From contig CAZJKZ010000004.1 in the NCBI GenBank assembly GCA_964546885.1, forward strand, positions 25,938 through 89,937: a stretch of 64,000 nt of DNA. The letters are read 5' to 3'. Positions 1 through 8,900 of this stretch are shown in pieces. Made by a program: the position numbers and the translations under genes. This DNA comes from an uncultured Bacteroides sp. Lineage in GTDB: Bacteria; Bacteroidota; Bacteroidia; Bacteroidales; Muribaculaceae. The notes below the pieces were generated by a model, which searched no databases, was not told the DNA's origin, and saw nothing but the letters and a program-made list of their open reading frames with translations. Numbering within the stretch: position 1 is the stretch's first letter; every line of letters begins with the position of its first letter.

Positions 1-1338
1 TTTTTCTCTCAATTCCTTTGCCGAATACCAATTACACCCAATCGCTTCAATAAGTTTTATCAGAGCAGTAGAGATTTCATTAAACTGTTCTTCAGCTAGT
101 GTCCTACTGGTGTTCAACTGGTGTTCAACTGGTGTTCTTTCTACATTTTTATGTCGGTAGAAAATCACTTTGACCATATAGCCATTGTCTATAATCTGAG
201 GCTTTGGCAATCCGACTTGTACACACTTTTTGTTCATCATTGACAGACCACGCCCCCAATGCTCAATCAATCCTCCGATAAACATTACATTAGCGATGTC
301 AGGATTCGGTGGTAAGGATGTATTGTTATTCTCCGACACCTCCTCTGCAGTCAAACGCTGAGGAAATAGGGTGGCCGGAAACCGACCTGCGTTCTCTATC
401 TCAACGCGGTCCTCATATATTGCTATGCCTATCGAACTGGCTTCTTGCTGCCACGCTCTATGACATAGCGAATTTACAACAGCCTCACGCAGTGCATCGT
501 AAGGTATTTCCAGTTCATCCTCGCGCTCTATTCTGTTGTGAGTGGATCCCGACAATGACAAGTGCTTGAAAAAGAAATCCATCGCTCCCGAGGCTAACTC
601 AAAGATATTGGCGTATATCTGTCTATTGTCAATGAACTCACTCTTATCATTGCCTCTGAATCGCGCAAGACGAAGAAGAGCCTGGGGATAGTCAGTCAAA
701 TCATTTCCGAACAAGATGACGGCAGAATTTCGCAATGTTCCATTTCGTGTTAATTTCAAGCGATTTAGTATGGTGGGTGTGTTATCGTTCTTGGCTTCGT
801 CGCTTAATCTGCCTCTTCGTATTCCTCCCTCGACTACCCTATGTATCAAATCGTCATCGAGAGAATCAATAGTCAAATTAGGGTTAACCTTACGCTCCCA
901 CTTGTATATCAACCCCATCTGTTCCTCATGCAAACGGAGAAACCGCTCACGAGGCATTACGGTAGTAACGCTATCGTGACGTTGATAGGGTTTGCCATCC
1001 CACATGTATGGCTTGTCGCTGTCCATACCGTTTGAGCAAAAGGCTATCAAATGTTTATCAGAATAGGGCACCGGGATATACTGCGGCTGAATATCTATTG
1101 CTGGATCAAATCGTCTAAGTGCATCACCTATATCACGAGTTGTCTTATCAGAAATCTCCTGACCTATTAACTTTCCCTTGCTATTGACTCCAAACACTAC
1201 TATGCCACCACTGCCATTTATCATTCCGCACAATGTCTCCATTCCACGGTTCAACTGTCCAGTAGTCTCTTTGAACTCAACATCCACGCCCTCGTTATGA
1301 GATGCAATGTTTCTTATGTAGTCAATATCAATTCTCAT
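1..1338 (-). CDS. AlbA_2/Schlafen-domain protein with RecG C-terminal-like (HATPase_c_4) domain; 3' end runs off the window
   Basis: Not in the ORF track. Manual translation from the ATG at 1338 is open to base 1: MRIDIDYIRNIASHNEGVDVEFKETTGQLNRGMETLCGMINGSGGIVVFGV (E-x-x-x-V-E-F-K Schlafen motif), then ALREAVVNSLCHR, IYEDRVEIENAG and IEHWGRG (RecG-C/HATPase_c_4 motifs). Confidence 0.85.
   Translation of the reverse strand, partial: MRIDIDYIRNIASHNEGVDVEFKETTGQLNRGMETLCGMINGSGGIVVFGVNSKGKLIGQEISDKTTRDIGDALRRFDPAIDIQPQYIPVPYSDKHLIAFCSNGMDSDKPYMWDGKPYQRHDSVTTVMPRERFLRLHEEQMGLIYKWERKVNPNLTIDSLDDDLIHRVVEGGIRRGRLSDEAKNDNTPTILNRLKLTRNGTLRNSAVILFGNDLTDYPQALLRLARFRGNDKSEFIDNRQIYANIFELASGAMDFFFKHLSLSGSTHNRIEREDELEIPYDALREAVVNSLCHRAWQQEASSIGIAIYEDRVEIENAGRFPATLFPQRLTAEEVSENNNTSLPPNPDIANVMFIGGLIEHWGRGLSMMNKKCVQVGLPKPQIIDNGYMVKVIFYRHKNVERTPVEHQLNTSRTLAEEQFNEISTALIKLIEAIGCNWYSAKELREK
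106..137. repeat. 11-bp tandem repeat (ACTGGTGTTCA, ~2.9 copies) in the linker of the AlbA protein
   Basis: ACTGGTGTTCA ACTGGTGTTCA ACTGGTGTTC read directly. Confidence 0.9.
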
Positions 1339-1381
1339 ATTTTGATGATTGTATAGCGTATACACTTAGGGTCTGCACCTG

Positions 1382-1389
1382 CAAATTTA
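1382..1389 (-). promoter_or_regulatory. Bacteroidetes sigmaA -7 box (TAAATTTG) for the AlbA gene
   Basis: CAAATTTA on the + strand, ~45 nt upstream of the ATG; matches TAnnTTTG. Confidence 0.6.
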
Positions 1390-1447
1390 CTAATTTTTCG
1401 CGAGCTAACCGCTGATTTTCAAAAATTATTGAATTTTATTTGTGAAT

Positions 1448-1478
1448 ATTGGTATATTGTGAAAAAAGAATATCTTTG
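1448..1478 (+). promoter_or_regulatory. sigmaA promoter (ATTG-N19-TATCTTTG)
   Basis: Matches the Bacteroidetes -33/-7 consensus; 24 nt upstream of the ATG at 1503. Confidence 0.6.
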
Positions 1479-1502
1479 CATTGACAATAAAAAGATTGTA
1501 TT

Positions 1503-1589
1503 ATGACACAGCTGATAATTAACATTGAAGACACATCAATACTTCTTCATTTTAAGAAAATCTTAAAATCAATCTCCAATTATTTGTAA
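1503..1589 (+). pseudogene. 28-aa ORF, probable truncated type II antitoxin-like N-terminus
   Basis: MTQLIINIEDTSILLHFKKILKSISNYL*, with its own promoter. Resembles, from memory, the N-termini of small Bacteroidales antitoxins found before RelE/YafQ toxins. Confidence 0.4.
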
Positions 1590-1610
1590 CGAAGAGATTA
1601 TTTCATCTCA

Positions 1611-1634
1611 AAAAGTCTCAAAATTGAGACTTTT
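1611..1634. promoter_or_regulatory. Palindromic operator-like site AAAAGTCTCAA-AA-TTGAGACTTTT
   Basis: 11-bp perfect inverted repeat with a 2-nt spacer, upstream of the -7 box TACTTTTG (1680-1687) of the 437-aa gene. Confidence 0.5.
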
Positions 1635-1756
1635 TCATAATTCGCAGCAGAAAAATGAGAAGCGGTGAATGATTTTTCATACTTTTGCATCATTATTCGC
1701 GGCCACATCTTACCGGTTGCTTACAAAACACCTGAAAGATAATTAGAATTGTTGTT

Positions 1757-3070
1757 ATGGAGGAAAGATTTGAATTATTGAAGCAAATAGTCAACAGCGA
1801 ACTTTTAGCCCCCTCTTTGGGCACCTTGTCAATGCTATTAGGATACAATACAAAAAGCACCCTCTACCGCATAGCGCGAGGAGAAGCCAAAAGTGCGTCG
1901 ATTGTCAATTTCTGCAAACTCCTTAACGACCGACTAAACATTGACGACAAAACCCTCGGGCAAATGAGCCTATTGCTAAACGATTATGACTATCTTTCGG
2001 GCAGGCTTAAACACGAATCCGCGAGAAAAGAGCCGGCAAAAATAGTGCTGAGCTTAATCAATGACGACTATACGCTATTTTCCAAGCAATTTGTTGAAGA
2101 AGATTTGCCGGTGTTGATTAGATACCGGCATGATTCGCCCATAGCATTCTACCGCTTGCTATTTTATTATTACGTGAGGAAAAGTTTTGTAACGTTCTAT
2201 TCTAAAGACATGACGTACATAGAAGAATGCAAACGGGTGATAACACCTTTGGCAACCATGCTGAGACAGATATTTCCGGACAACTACCAGGGGAAAGAAT
2301 ATATCGACATGATAGGCAACGAACCAATAATTGAAGAATACGCCTCGACGCTATGGGGATGTGTCGCAATAGGCGGAAAGCTGCTTATGTACTATGCCTC
2401 GCCCGACAGCTATCAGGAAGCACTATCGTCATTCGTACTTTTGCCCGGAATAAACGAAAGGTCGTACTGGTTCACAGAAAATCCCAAGCTGACAGTAATG
2501 GCGCTGGCAATAGAGGCAAGGCGAAAAAGGAGCGGCTTCTACGCTTTGTTCTCTGTGGACCTCAATGACAATGATCTGCAATGCATCGGATATTTAGCCT
2601 TCTCGCCCGACGGCAAAGTGCAACTGTCGGGTACGTGCGAGAGCTCGCATAAGATATGCACGTACACATTTACCGGTACCACCCTATCAATCGATTTAGG
2701 CGAAAGCTCTCCGCCATTCAGTGTAGGCACACAATGGCATCTTATGAATATCGATACGATACCCGTAATCAAAGAATTCAACTGCCAGCTCGATGACCAA
2801 GACATACACGCCGCCATGCTACGAGGCCAAGGGATAGAGGTAATGCCCGACTATGCGGTGAAAGACGTGGTGCTTACCCGCAGCGAGGTGAGGCTCCGGT
2901 TAACATCGGGCAAAGAGCTGGTGATCGGCCGCGACTCTTACGAATTTTTGGGTAACATCCAACCCACCGACACTGTGGTGGTGGCACGCAGGATAAAAGA
3001 CAGATTTGAATATGTTGCTTGGACCGACTACAACCACGTTATTCCCCTCGCCGAATTCAGGCAGGAATAA
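1757..3070 (+). CDS. Hypothetical protein, N-terminal HTH-like segment
   Basis: 437-aa ORF; SLGTLSMLLGYNTKSTLYRIARG is HTH-like; own -7 box at 1680. Confidence 0.75.
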   Translation: MEERFELLKQIVNSELLAPSLGTLSMLLGYNTKSTLYRIARGEAKSASIVNFCKLLNDRLNIDDKTLGQMSLLLNDYDYLSGRLKHESARKEPAKIVLSLINDDYTLFSKQFVEEDLPVLIRYRHDSPIAFYRLLFYYYVRKSFVTFYSKDMTYIEECKRVITPLATMLRQIFPDNYQGKEYIDMIGNEPIIEEYASTLWGCVAIGGKLLMYYASPDSYQEALSSFVLLPGINERSYWFTENPKLTVMALAIEARRKRSGFYALFSVDLNDNDLQCIGYLAFSPDGKVQLSGTCESSHKICTYTFTGTTLSIDLGESSPPFSVGTQWHLMNIDTIPVIKEFNCQLDDQDIHAAMLRGQGIEVMPDYAVKDVVLTRSEVRLRLTSGKELVIGRDSYEFLGNIQPTDTVVVARRIKDRFEYVAWTDYNHVIPLAEFRQE

Positions 3071-3112
3071 TCTCATAACGGTCCAATAACCCACGGCTTT
3101 GCATTCGAAGGT

Positions 3113-4054
3113 CTACCGCTTACGCTTTATGCGCAGCACATCAAATCCGTTGCCGTAGACACTATCCACATATGAATTTGTGACATAGGCATGCGGGTCG
3201 CATTCGTAAGCAATTCGATATATCATCTGCATGTCGCGCTGGCGGCACCACACAATCATCATCTTGTGGGTGTTGCCGGTCCAATATCCTGTGCCGTCCC
3301 AGCATGTGACTCCACGACCCGTCTCATGAGTTATACGATAGCAAATTTTCTCCCACTCGTCAGACAAGATGATAAACTGCACCGTACGCGACTCCAAGCC
3401 CACATATCGATCAGCAATCGATGAATATATAGCAATACAAAGCCAACCAAGCAGAATTGTCTCAATGCGGCTCTGCACACGCAGCTCCATATCCCCGTCA
3501 AATGGCAAGAAGAACGACAACGCCACAATGGACACGTCCACAACCATCAGCACCCTGCCGAGGCTCATATCCGTCTTATGCGTAAGCAGCGCGGCGACGA
3601 TATCAGTGCCACCTGAAGTGCCGCCATGGCTATAATACAGACCGATACCGAAGCCACACAACACTGCTCCTACAGCCACACTCATTAGCTCGCTCGTCAC
3701 TATCGGCGGATGAGATGTAAAATAACCCTCCAACGAACCGATTATGAGCGAAAGGACGGTCATTCCAAAAAGTGTGCGGACAACGAAGCTTTTGCCCAAC
3801 GTTCGCCAGCCCATGATAAGCAGCAAACAGTTGGTGACGTACATCGTTATAGCCACAGGGAAGAGCTTAAAAGACGCATAGTACACAAGCGTAGCGAAAC
3901 CCGCCATACCTCCTATCACAATATTATGAGGAAGGATAAATGCCGTAAAACCAATTGAATACAAGGCTATTCCCAGAACAATGAACACATAGTCGCGAGC
4001 CTGTGCGCGCAACTTTTCAGCTTTTATATGCCTAATCTGAAATGGTAGATGCAT
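3113..4054 (-). CDS. YitT family membrane protein
   Basis: GGMAG, GGTSGGTDI and RGVT motifs; multiple TM segments; DUF2179-like C-terminus. Confidence 0.9.
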   Translation of the reverse strand: MHLPFQIRHIKAEKLRAQARDYVFIVLGIALYSIGFTAFILPHNIVIGGMAGFATLVYYASFKLFPVAITMYVTNCLLLIMGWRTLGKSFVVRTLFGMTVLSLIIGSLEGYFTSHPPIVTSELMSVAVGAVLCGFGIGLYYSHGGTSGGTDIVAALLTHKTDMSLGRVLMVVDVSIVALSFFLPFDGDMELRVQSRIETILLGWLCIAIYSSIADRYVGLESRTVQFIILSDEWEKICYRITHETGRGVTCWDGTGYWTGNTHKMMIVWCRQRDMQMIYRIAYECDPHAYVTNSYVDSVYGNGFDVLRIKRKR

Positions 4055-4243
4055 ACTTGGTGAAGAAATAAGGTTTGAAAAATCGCGCCAAAATTACAAA
4101 ATTTCTTCTTTATAGTAAATATTTCAAGGCAAAAATTTTTATTTTTTTCTTGCAAAAAACCCGAATAAGGCAAGATTTTAGAAAAAAAACGCCAAATATT
4201 CGTCAATACAGCACAAAACAGTGTTATATATAAAAAAAATAAT

Positions 4244-4251
4244 TAAATTTG
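4244..4251 (+). promoter_or_regulatory. -7 box (TAAATTTG) for the fadD-tamB operon; divergent -7 box for yitT at 4089-4096
   Basis: TAnnTTTG consensus on both strands of the divergent intergenic region. Confidence 0.6.
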
Positions 4252-4274
4252 CACCTAAATAACACTCAACTATT

Positions 4275-5936
4275 ATGAAAAAGAGAGATAATCTGAACGC
4301 ATATATACAATGGGCAATCCGTGACAATTGGGATCTAATGTCGCTCTCCGACTTCGACGGCATCCAACTGCAATACCGCGACGTGGCAAGAAAAATAGCA
4401 AAGCTGCACATTCTATTTAACAAAGCCGGCATTAAACCCGGCGACAAAATAGCCATCTGCGGGAAAAACAGCAGCCACTGGTCGGTGTCATTTCTCGCCA
4501 CCATCACCTACGGGGCTGTGGCTGTGACCATACTCCACGATTTCACCCCCGAAAGCGTGCAGACCCTCGTGGATCACAGCGACGCGAAGATGCTCTTCAC
4601 CGACAAAACGATGTGGCAAGATCTTGATGCAAAGAGCCTGGAACAGATGCAAACCGTGGTGGACCTATACAACTATGCTGTGCTATACACCACAAAGAAG
4701 GAAGTAAAAGAAGCGCGTTACCACCTCAACATGCTCTTCGGAGAGAAATTCCCCGAACGCTTCACTGCTGACGACGTAGAGTACGCAACTCTCTCGCCCG
4801 ACGCACCGGCAGTAATCAACTACACGTCAGGTTCAACCGGCACACCGAAAGGCGTGATCTTATCGCACCGCGCACTGTGGTCCAACCTGCAATATTGCAT
4901 CGACGGCCTCACCTTCCTCAAGCCCGGCGACGGCGTGGTGTGCATGTTGCCCCTCGCCCATATGTTCGGACTCATGGTGGATCTGCTCCACTGCTTCAGC
5001 AAAGGCTGCCACATCCATTTCATCTCTCGCCTTCCCACCCCGCGCGTGCTGCTCAGCGCACTGGCCGAAGTTAAGCCCAAGCTGGTGGTGTCCGTTCCTA
5101 TGGTAATAGAAAAAATCATACGCAACAACGTATTTCCCAAGCTCGACACCAACGCCATGCGCATAGGCCTGAAGCTGCCCTTCGTAAAAGACACCATACT
5201 GAAACAAATACGCAAAAGCATCATCAACGCCTTTGGCGGCCGCTTGCAGCAAATCATCATAGGAGGCGCGAGTCTCAGCCGCGAAGTGGAGGAATTTCTG
5301 CGCCGCATCAAATTCCCATTCACTGTGGGCTACGGCATGACCGAGTGCGCACCCATGATAGCCTACGCTCCCTGGGATGTGCAACGTCCACAATCGTGCG
5401 GACGCATAGTGGACCGCATGGAGTGCAAAATCGACAGTCCGGATCCGCAGAACAAGCCCGGCGTACTGTGGGTGAAAGGCGACAATGTGATGGACGGATA
5501 CTACAAGAACCCGGAAGCCACAGCAGCCGTGTTCGAAGACGGCTGGATGAACACCGGCGACATATGCACACGCGACGCCGACGGATTCATCTATATCCGC
5601 GGCCGTGCCAAGACCATGATTCTCGGCCCGTCGGGACAGAACATCTATCCTGAAGAGATAGAACATATGATAAACACGCTTCCGGGCGTAGGAGAATCGC
5701 TTGTTATATCAGAAGGAGACAAACTCATAGCCCTCATATATCCCAACAAGGACGACGAGAAGATAAAAGCTATGACACCCGAAGAGATTGACAAAGCGAT
5801 GGAGGCCAACATAGCGACACTCAACTCAAAACTGCCAAGCTACTCAAAGATTGCAGGAAAGAGGATAATGGAGGAAGAGTTCAAAAAGACTCCCAAGAGA
5901 TCGATCAAGCGATATGAATATCAGACTAACGGCTAA
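4275..5936 (+). CDS. Long-chain fatty acid-CoA ligase (AMP-binding)
   Basis: YTSGSTGTPKG, GYGMTE and TGD motifs. Confidence 0.93.
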   Translation: MKKRDNLNAYIQWAIRDNWDLMSLSDFDGIQLQYRDVARKIAKLHILFNKAGIKPGDKIAICGKNSSHWSVSFLATITYGAVAVTILHDFTPESVQTLVDHSDAKMLFTDKTMWQDLDAKSLEQMQTVVDLYNYAVLYTTKKEVKEARYHLNMLFGEKFPERFTADDVEYATLSPDAPAVINYTSGSTGTPKGVILSHRALWSNLQYCIDGLTFLKPGDGVVCMLPLAHMFGLMVDLLHCFSKGCHIHFISRLPTPRVLLSALAEVKPKLVVSVPMVIEKIIRNNVFPKLDTNAMRIGLKLPFVKDTILKQIRKSIINAFGGRLQQIIIGGASLSREVEEFLRRIKFPFTVGYGMTECAPMIAYAPWDVQRPQSCGRIVDRMECKIDSPDPQNKPGVLWVKGDNVMDGYYKNPEATAAVFEDGWMNTGDICTRDADGFIYIRGRAKTMILGPSGQNIYPEEIEHMINTLPGVGESLVISEGDKLIALIYPNKDDEKIKAMTPEEIDKAMEANIATLNSKLPSYSKIAGKRIMEEEFKKTPKRSIKRYEYQTNG

Positions 5937-5953
5937 CAATTAATCAGGAACCA

Positions 5954-8900
5954 TTGGCATTACCTACCCTTCACAAAATAGCAAGAGTAATAAAAGCACT
6001 GCGCGGACTACTAATGACGCTGGTGCTTTTAGTCATTGGCATACCTACACTATTATACGTAATATTGGCATCTGACTGGGCACAAAAGTATTTGTGCTCA
6101 GTAGCCAATAAAGAGTTGTCCGCGCTGCTTGGCACGGAGGTAAACATCGGAGCGGTAAAATTTGCGCCCTTCAATTCATTGAGTTTGACCGATGTGACCG
6201 TGCGCGACGACCTCGACAGTACGGCTCTGAGCATCGGATCCATCGACACGCGCTTCGAGATGGGCGACTTTATTGCCTCGCAAAAAATAATAATTGACTA
6301 CGCCGTAATCAACCGGTTAAATCTTAGGCTCTACAAAGCCGACAAACAAGCCCCGCTCAACATCGCCGAGATCATAAAACGGCTTAAAAAGGACGACCAG
6401 CAAGATAAAGAGACCATCTTCAAGCTGAGAATCAACGACGTGACGCTCAACGACTGCTCAATGACCTACGACGTATGGTCAGAGCCGCAGACTCCCGGTA
6501 AATTCAATCCCTCGCACATCAGCGTCGACAGTCTGAACCTCAGCGTGTTCGCTCCCGTCATTTCCAACGAAGCATATAAGATACGCCTTCGACAACTCAG
6601 TATGCGCGAAGCTTCAGGCATCACGCTCAACAAGCTCGCTGCAAATATAGTGCTCGACAATGAAAAGCTGGGTGTAGACGACCTGACTATACGGCTTGGC
6701 AAATCACGACTGAATTTCGCCGACTTCACCTCAAAGCTCTCCACCCTTGAGGATATCACCCGCAAAGGGGCAGAAAAGAGAGCTACGGTGGAGATTACTA
6801 ACGGGAGCCATATCGTGCTTTCCGATCTCAAGCCGTTCGTACCCATCTTGGCTGACGCAGAATACGACATGGACATCAAGCTAAAAGCCTCAGGAAACAT
6901 CGACACTATAGAAGTCAGCCAACTCATTCTTAAAGAGGTCAACGAAATGCTGTCGGTGCAACTGAAAGGCAAAATATGCGACTACACCTCACCCTCGACC
7001 ATACATTTACAAAACGTAAACCTCGAAGCCAAGACTAACCGCAACGCCATAAACACATTTCTGAGCTATCCCTCGGTGAATGTCAGTCCAAAGGCAGCTG
7101 AAATACTCAAATCGCTTGACAACACGCTTGTCACCATCAAATCCGACGGTTCGGCGGCCGGCGGCAGTGTAGCTGCCACAGTAAAATCAGGCATTGCCTA
7201 CGTCAACCTAAAAGGCACTTACCGCAGACCCGAAAATAGCAATGCCACACTGATAAAAGCCGACGTCGAAATCGACAGTCTGCAACTAGGCACAATATTG
7301 CCCAACAAAAGATTAGGCAACTTATGGGCAAAAGTTAGCGCAGACGGCAGCTACGACGGCAAGAAGTTCGACGGCAATGTGACAGCGAATATCGACAAAT
7401 TCGGCTATAAAGGTTATAGCTACCGCAACATTGACGCCATCGCCAACATAGCCGGCAATGCCATAACCGCAAAGGTTGATATTAACGACCCCAACGTCAC
7501 GCTTCACGCCGACGCGGACTATGACCATATGGAAAGAATCCACCGCCTATCGGCAAACCTAAACTTAGAAAATCTGCGCCCCGACGTGCTGCACCTTATC
7601 GACAAATATCAAGGTTACGCAGCCAAAGGCAACGTGGCACTTACAGCCGAAGGAGAGTCAATCGATAAATTCATTGCCGACGCCAACATCACACAGTTTT
7701 CATTCGCCGACGGCAAATCAAAATCTTTAACCCTCAACCTCCTTAACCTCAAAGCCGACAACGTGACGAGCGAAGGGCGCATCACCGTAGCCTCCGACTA
7801 CATAAAAGGATCGCTCGACGGAAAATATAAATTCTCGACTCTGAAGAAGGCATTTGTGAATATGTTCACCGATATCGTGCCTATCAATGAGCGTCAAGAC
7901 TCCATAGCCAAATCCAACATAGCCATCGCCCCTGATGACAATGATTTCGTATTCGACTTCTCGCTGCAAAACACCGACCGCCTTTCCGAATTTTTCAATC
8001 TGCCTGTTTCGGTGGTTGACGCAGCCTACCTTTACGGCATCTTCAACGAACCGGCACAAAAAGCCTTTCTGAAATTCGACGCACCGTGGGTGCTACAAGG
8101 CAACAACGTAATCGAAGGCACCTCGCTTGTGGTGGATCTCGACAGCAAATCGAAAAAAGGACTGCTCTATCTCACCTCGCTGATACCCACAAAGAAAGGC
8201 AACATGGATATGGTGGTCAATATCAACGCCGAAAACGGCATACTCCACACAAATATGGACTGGAGCTTAGTGCGCGCCATTCCTATCAACGGCACGATAG
8301 ACTTCACCACCTCATTTCTACACAACGATGAAATCGGCCTGGTGACAAGAGTGGACTTCAATCCCGGACAAATCAACTTCGGCGACGAGATATGGGAAAT
8401 ACGACCGTCATCCATTCTCTACGGCAAAAATCTGCTGGCCGTGCGCAACTTCGCCCTCGACACAGGATTTCAAAGCATCAATATCGACGGTTCGGCAGGA
8501 GTGAGCGACCTGGACGTGATATCGGTAGAACTAAATAATATACAGCTTATCAATATATTCGAGACCCTTGAGATAGACAATGCCCTGATATCCGGACAAG
8601 CCACAGGCGTGATAAGGGCCTCGTCGATATTCAGCAAAGAGCCCAACATACAATGCGATCATCTGAGCGTAAAATCCATAGGCTACAATTACTGCACCCT
8701 GGGCGACGCCGACGTGCGGCTTAACCTCGCCGAAGGAGGCACAAAATTCAACTTCGACGCAGATATTGTGGCTCCCGGCGGAGAGAAATCGCACATCAAC
8801 GGCTATATAGGCATACCCACGGAATCGCTCGACCTGCAAATCGTGGCCGACCATGTGAAAGTAGGCTTTATGAAGCCCTTCATGCAAGCGTTCACATCGG

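Noticed and set aside
309-1035. Short + strand ORFs in the track
   Set aside because: They are antisense shadows of the AlbA gene on the minus strand, which the track missed because it runs off the window
4860-5666. 268-aa antisense ORF inside the acyl-CoA ligase
   Set aside because: Explained by codon bias of the sense gene; no recognisable motifs
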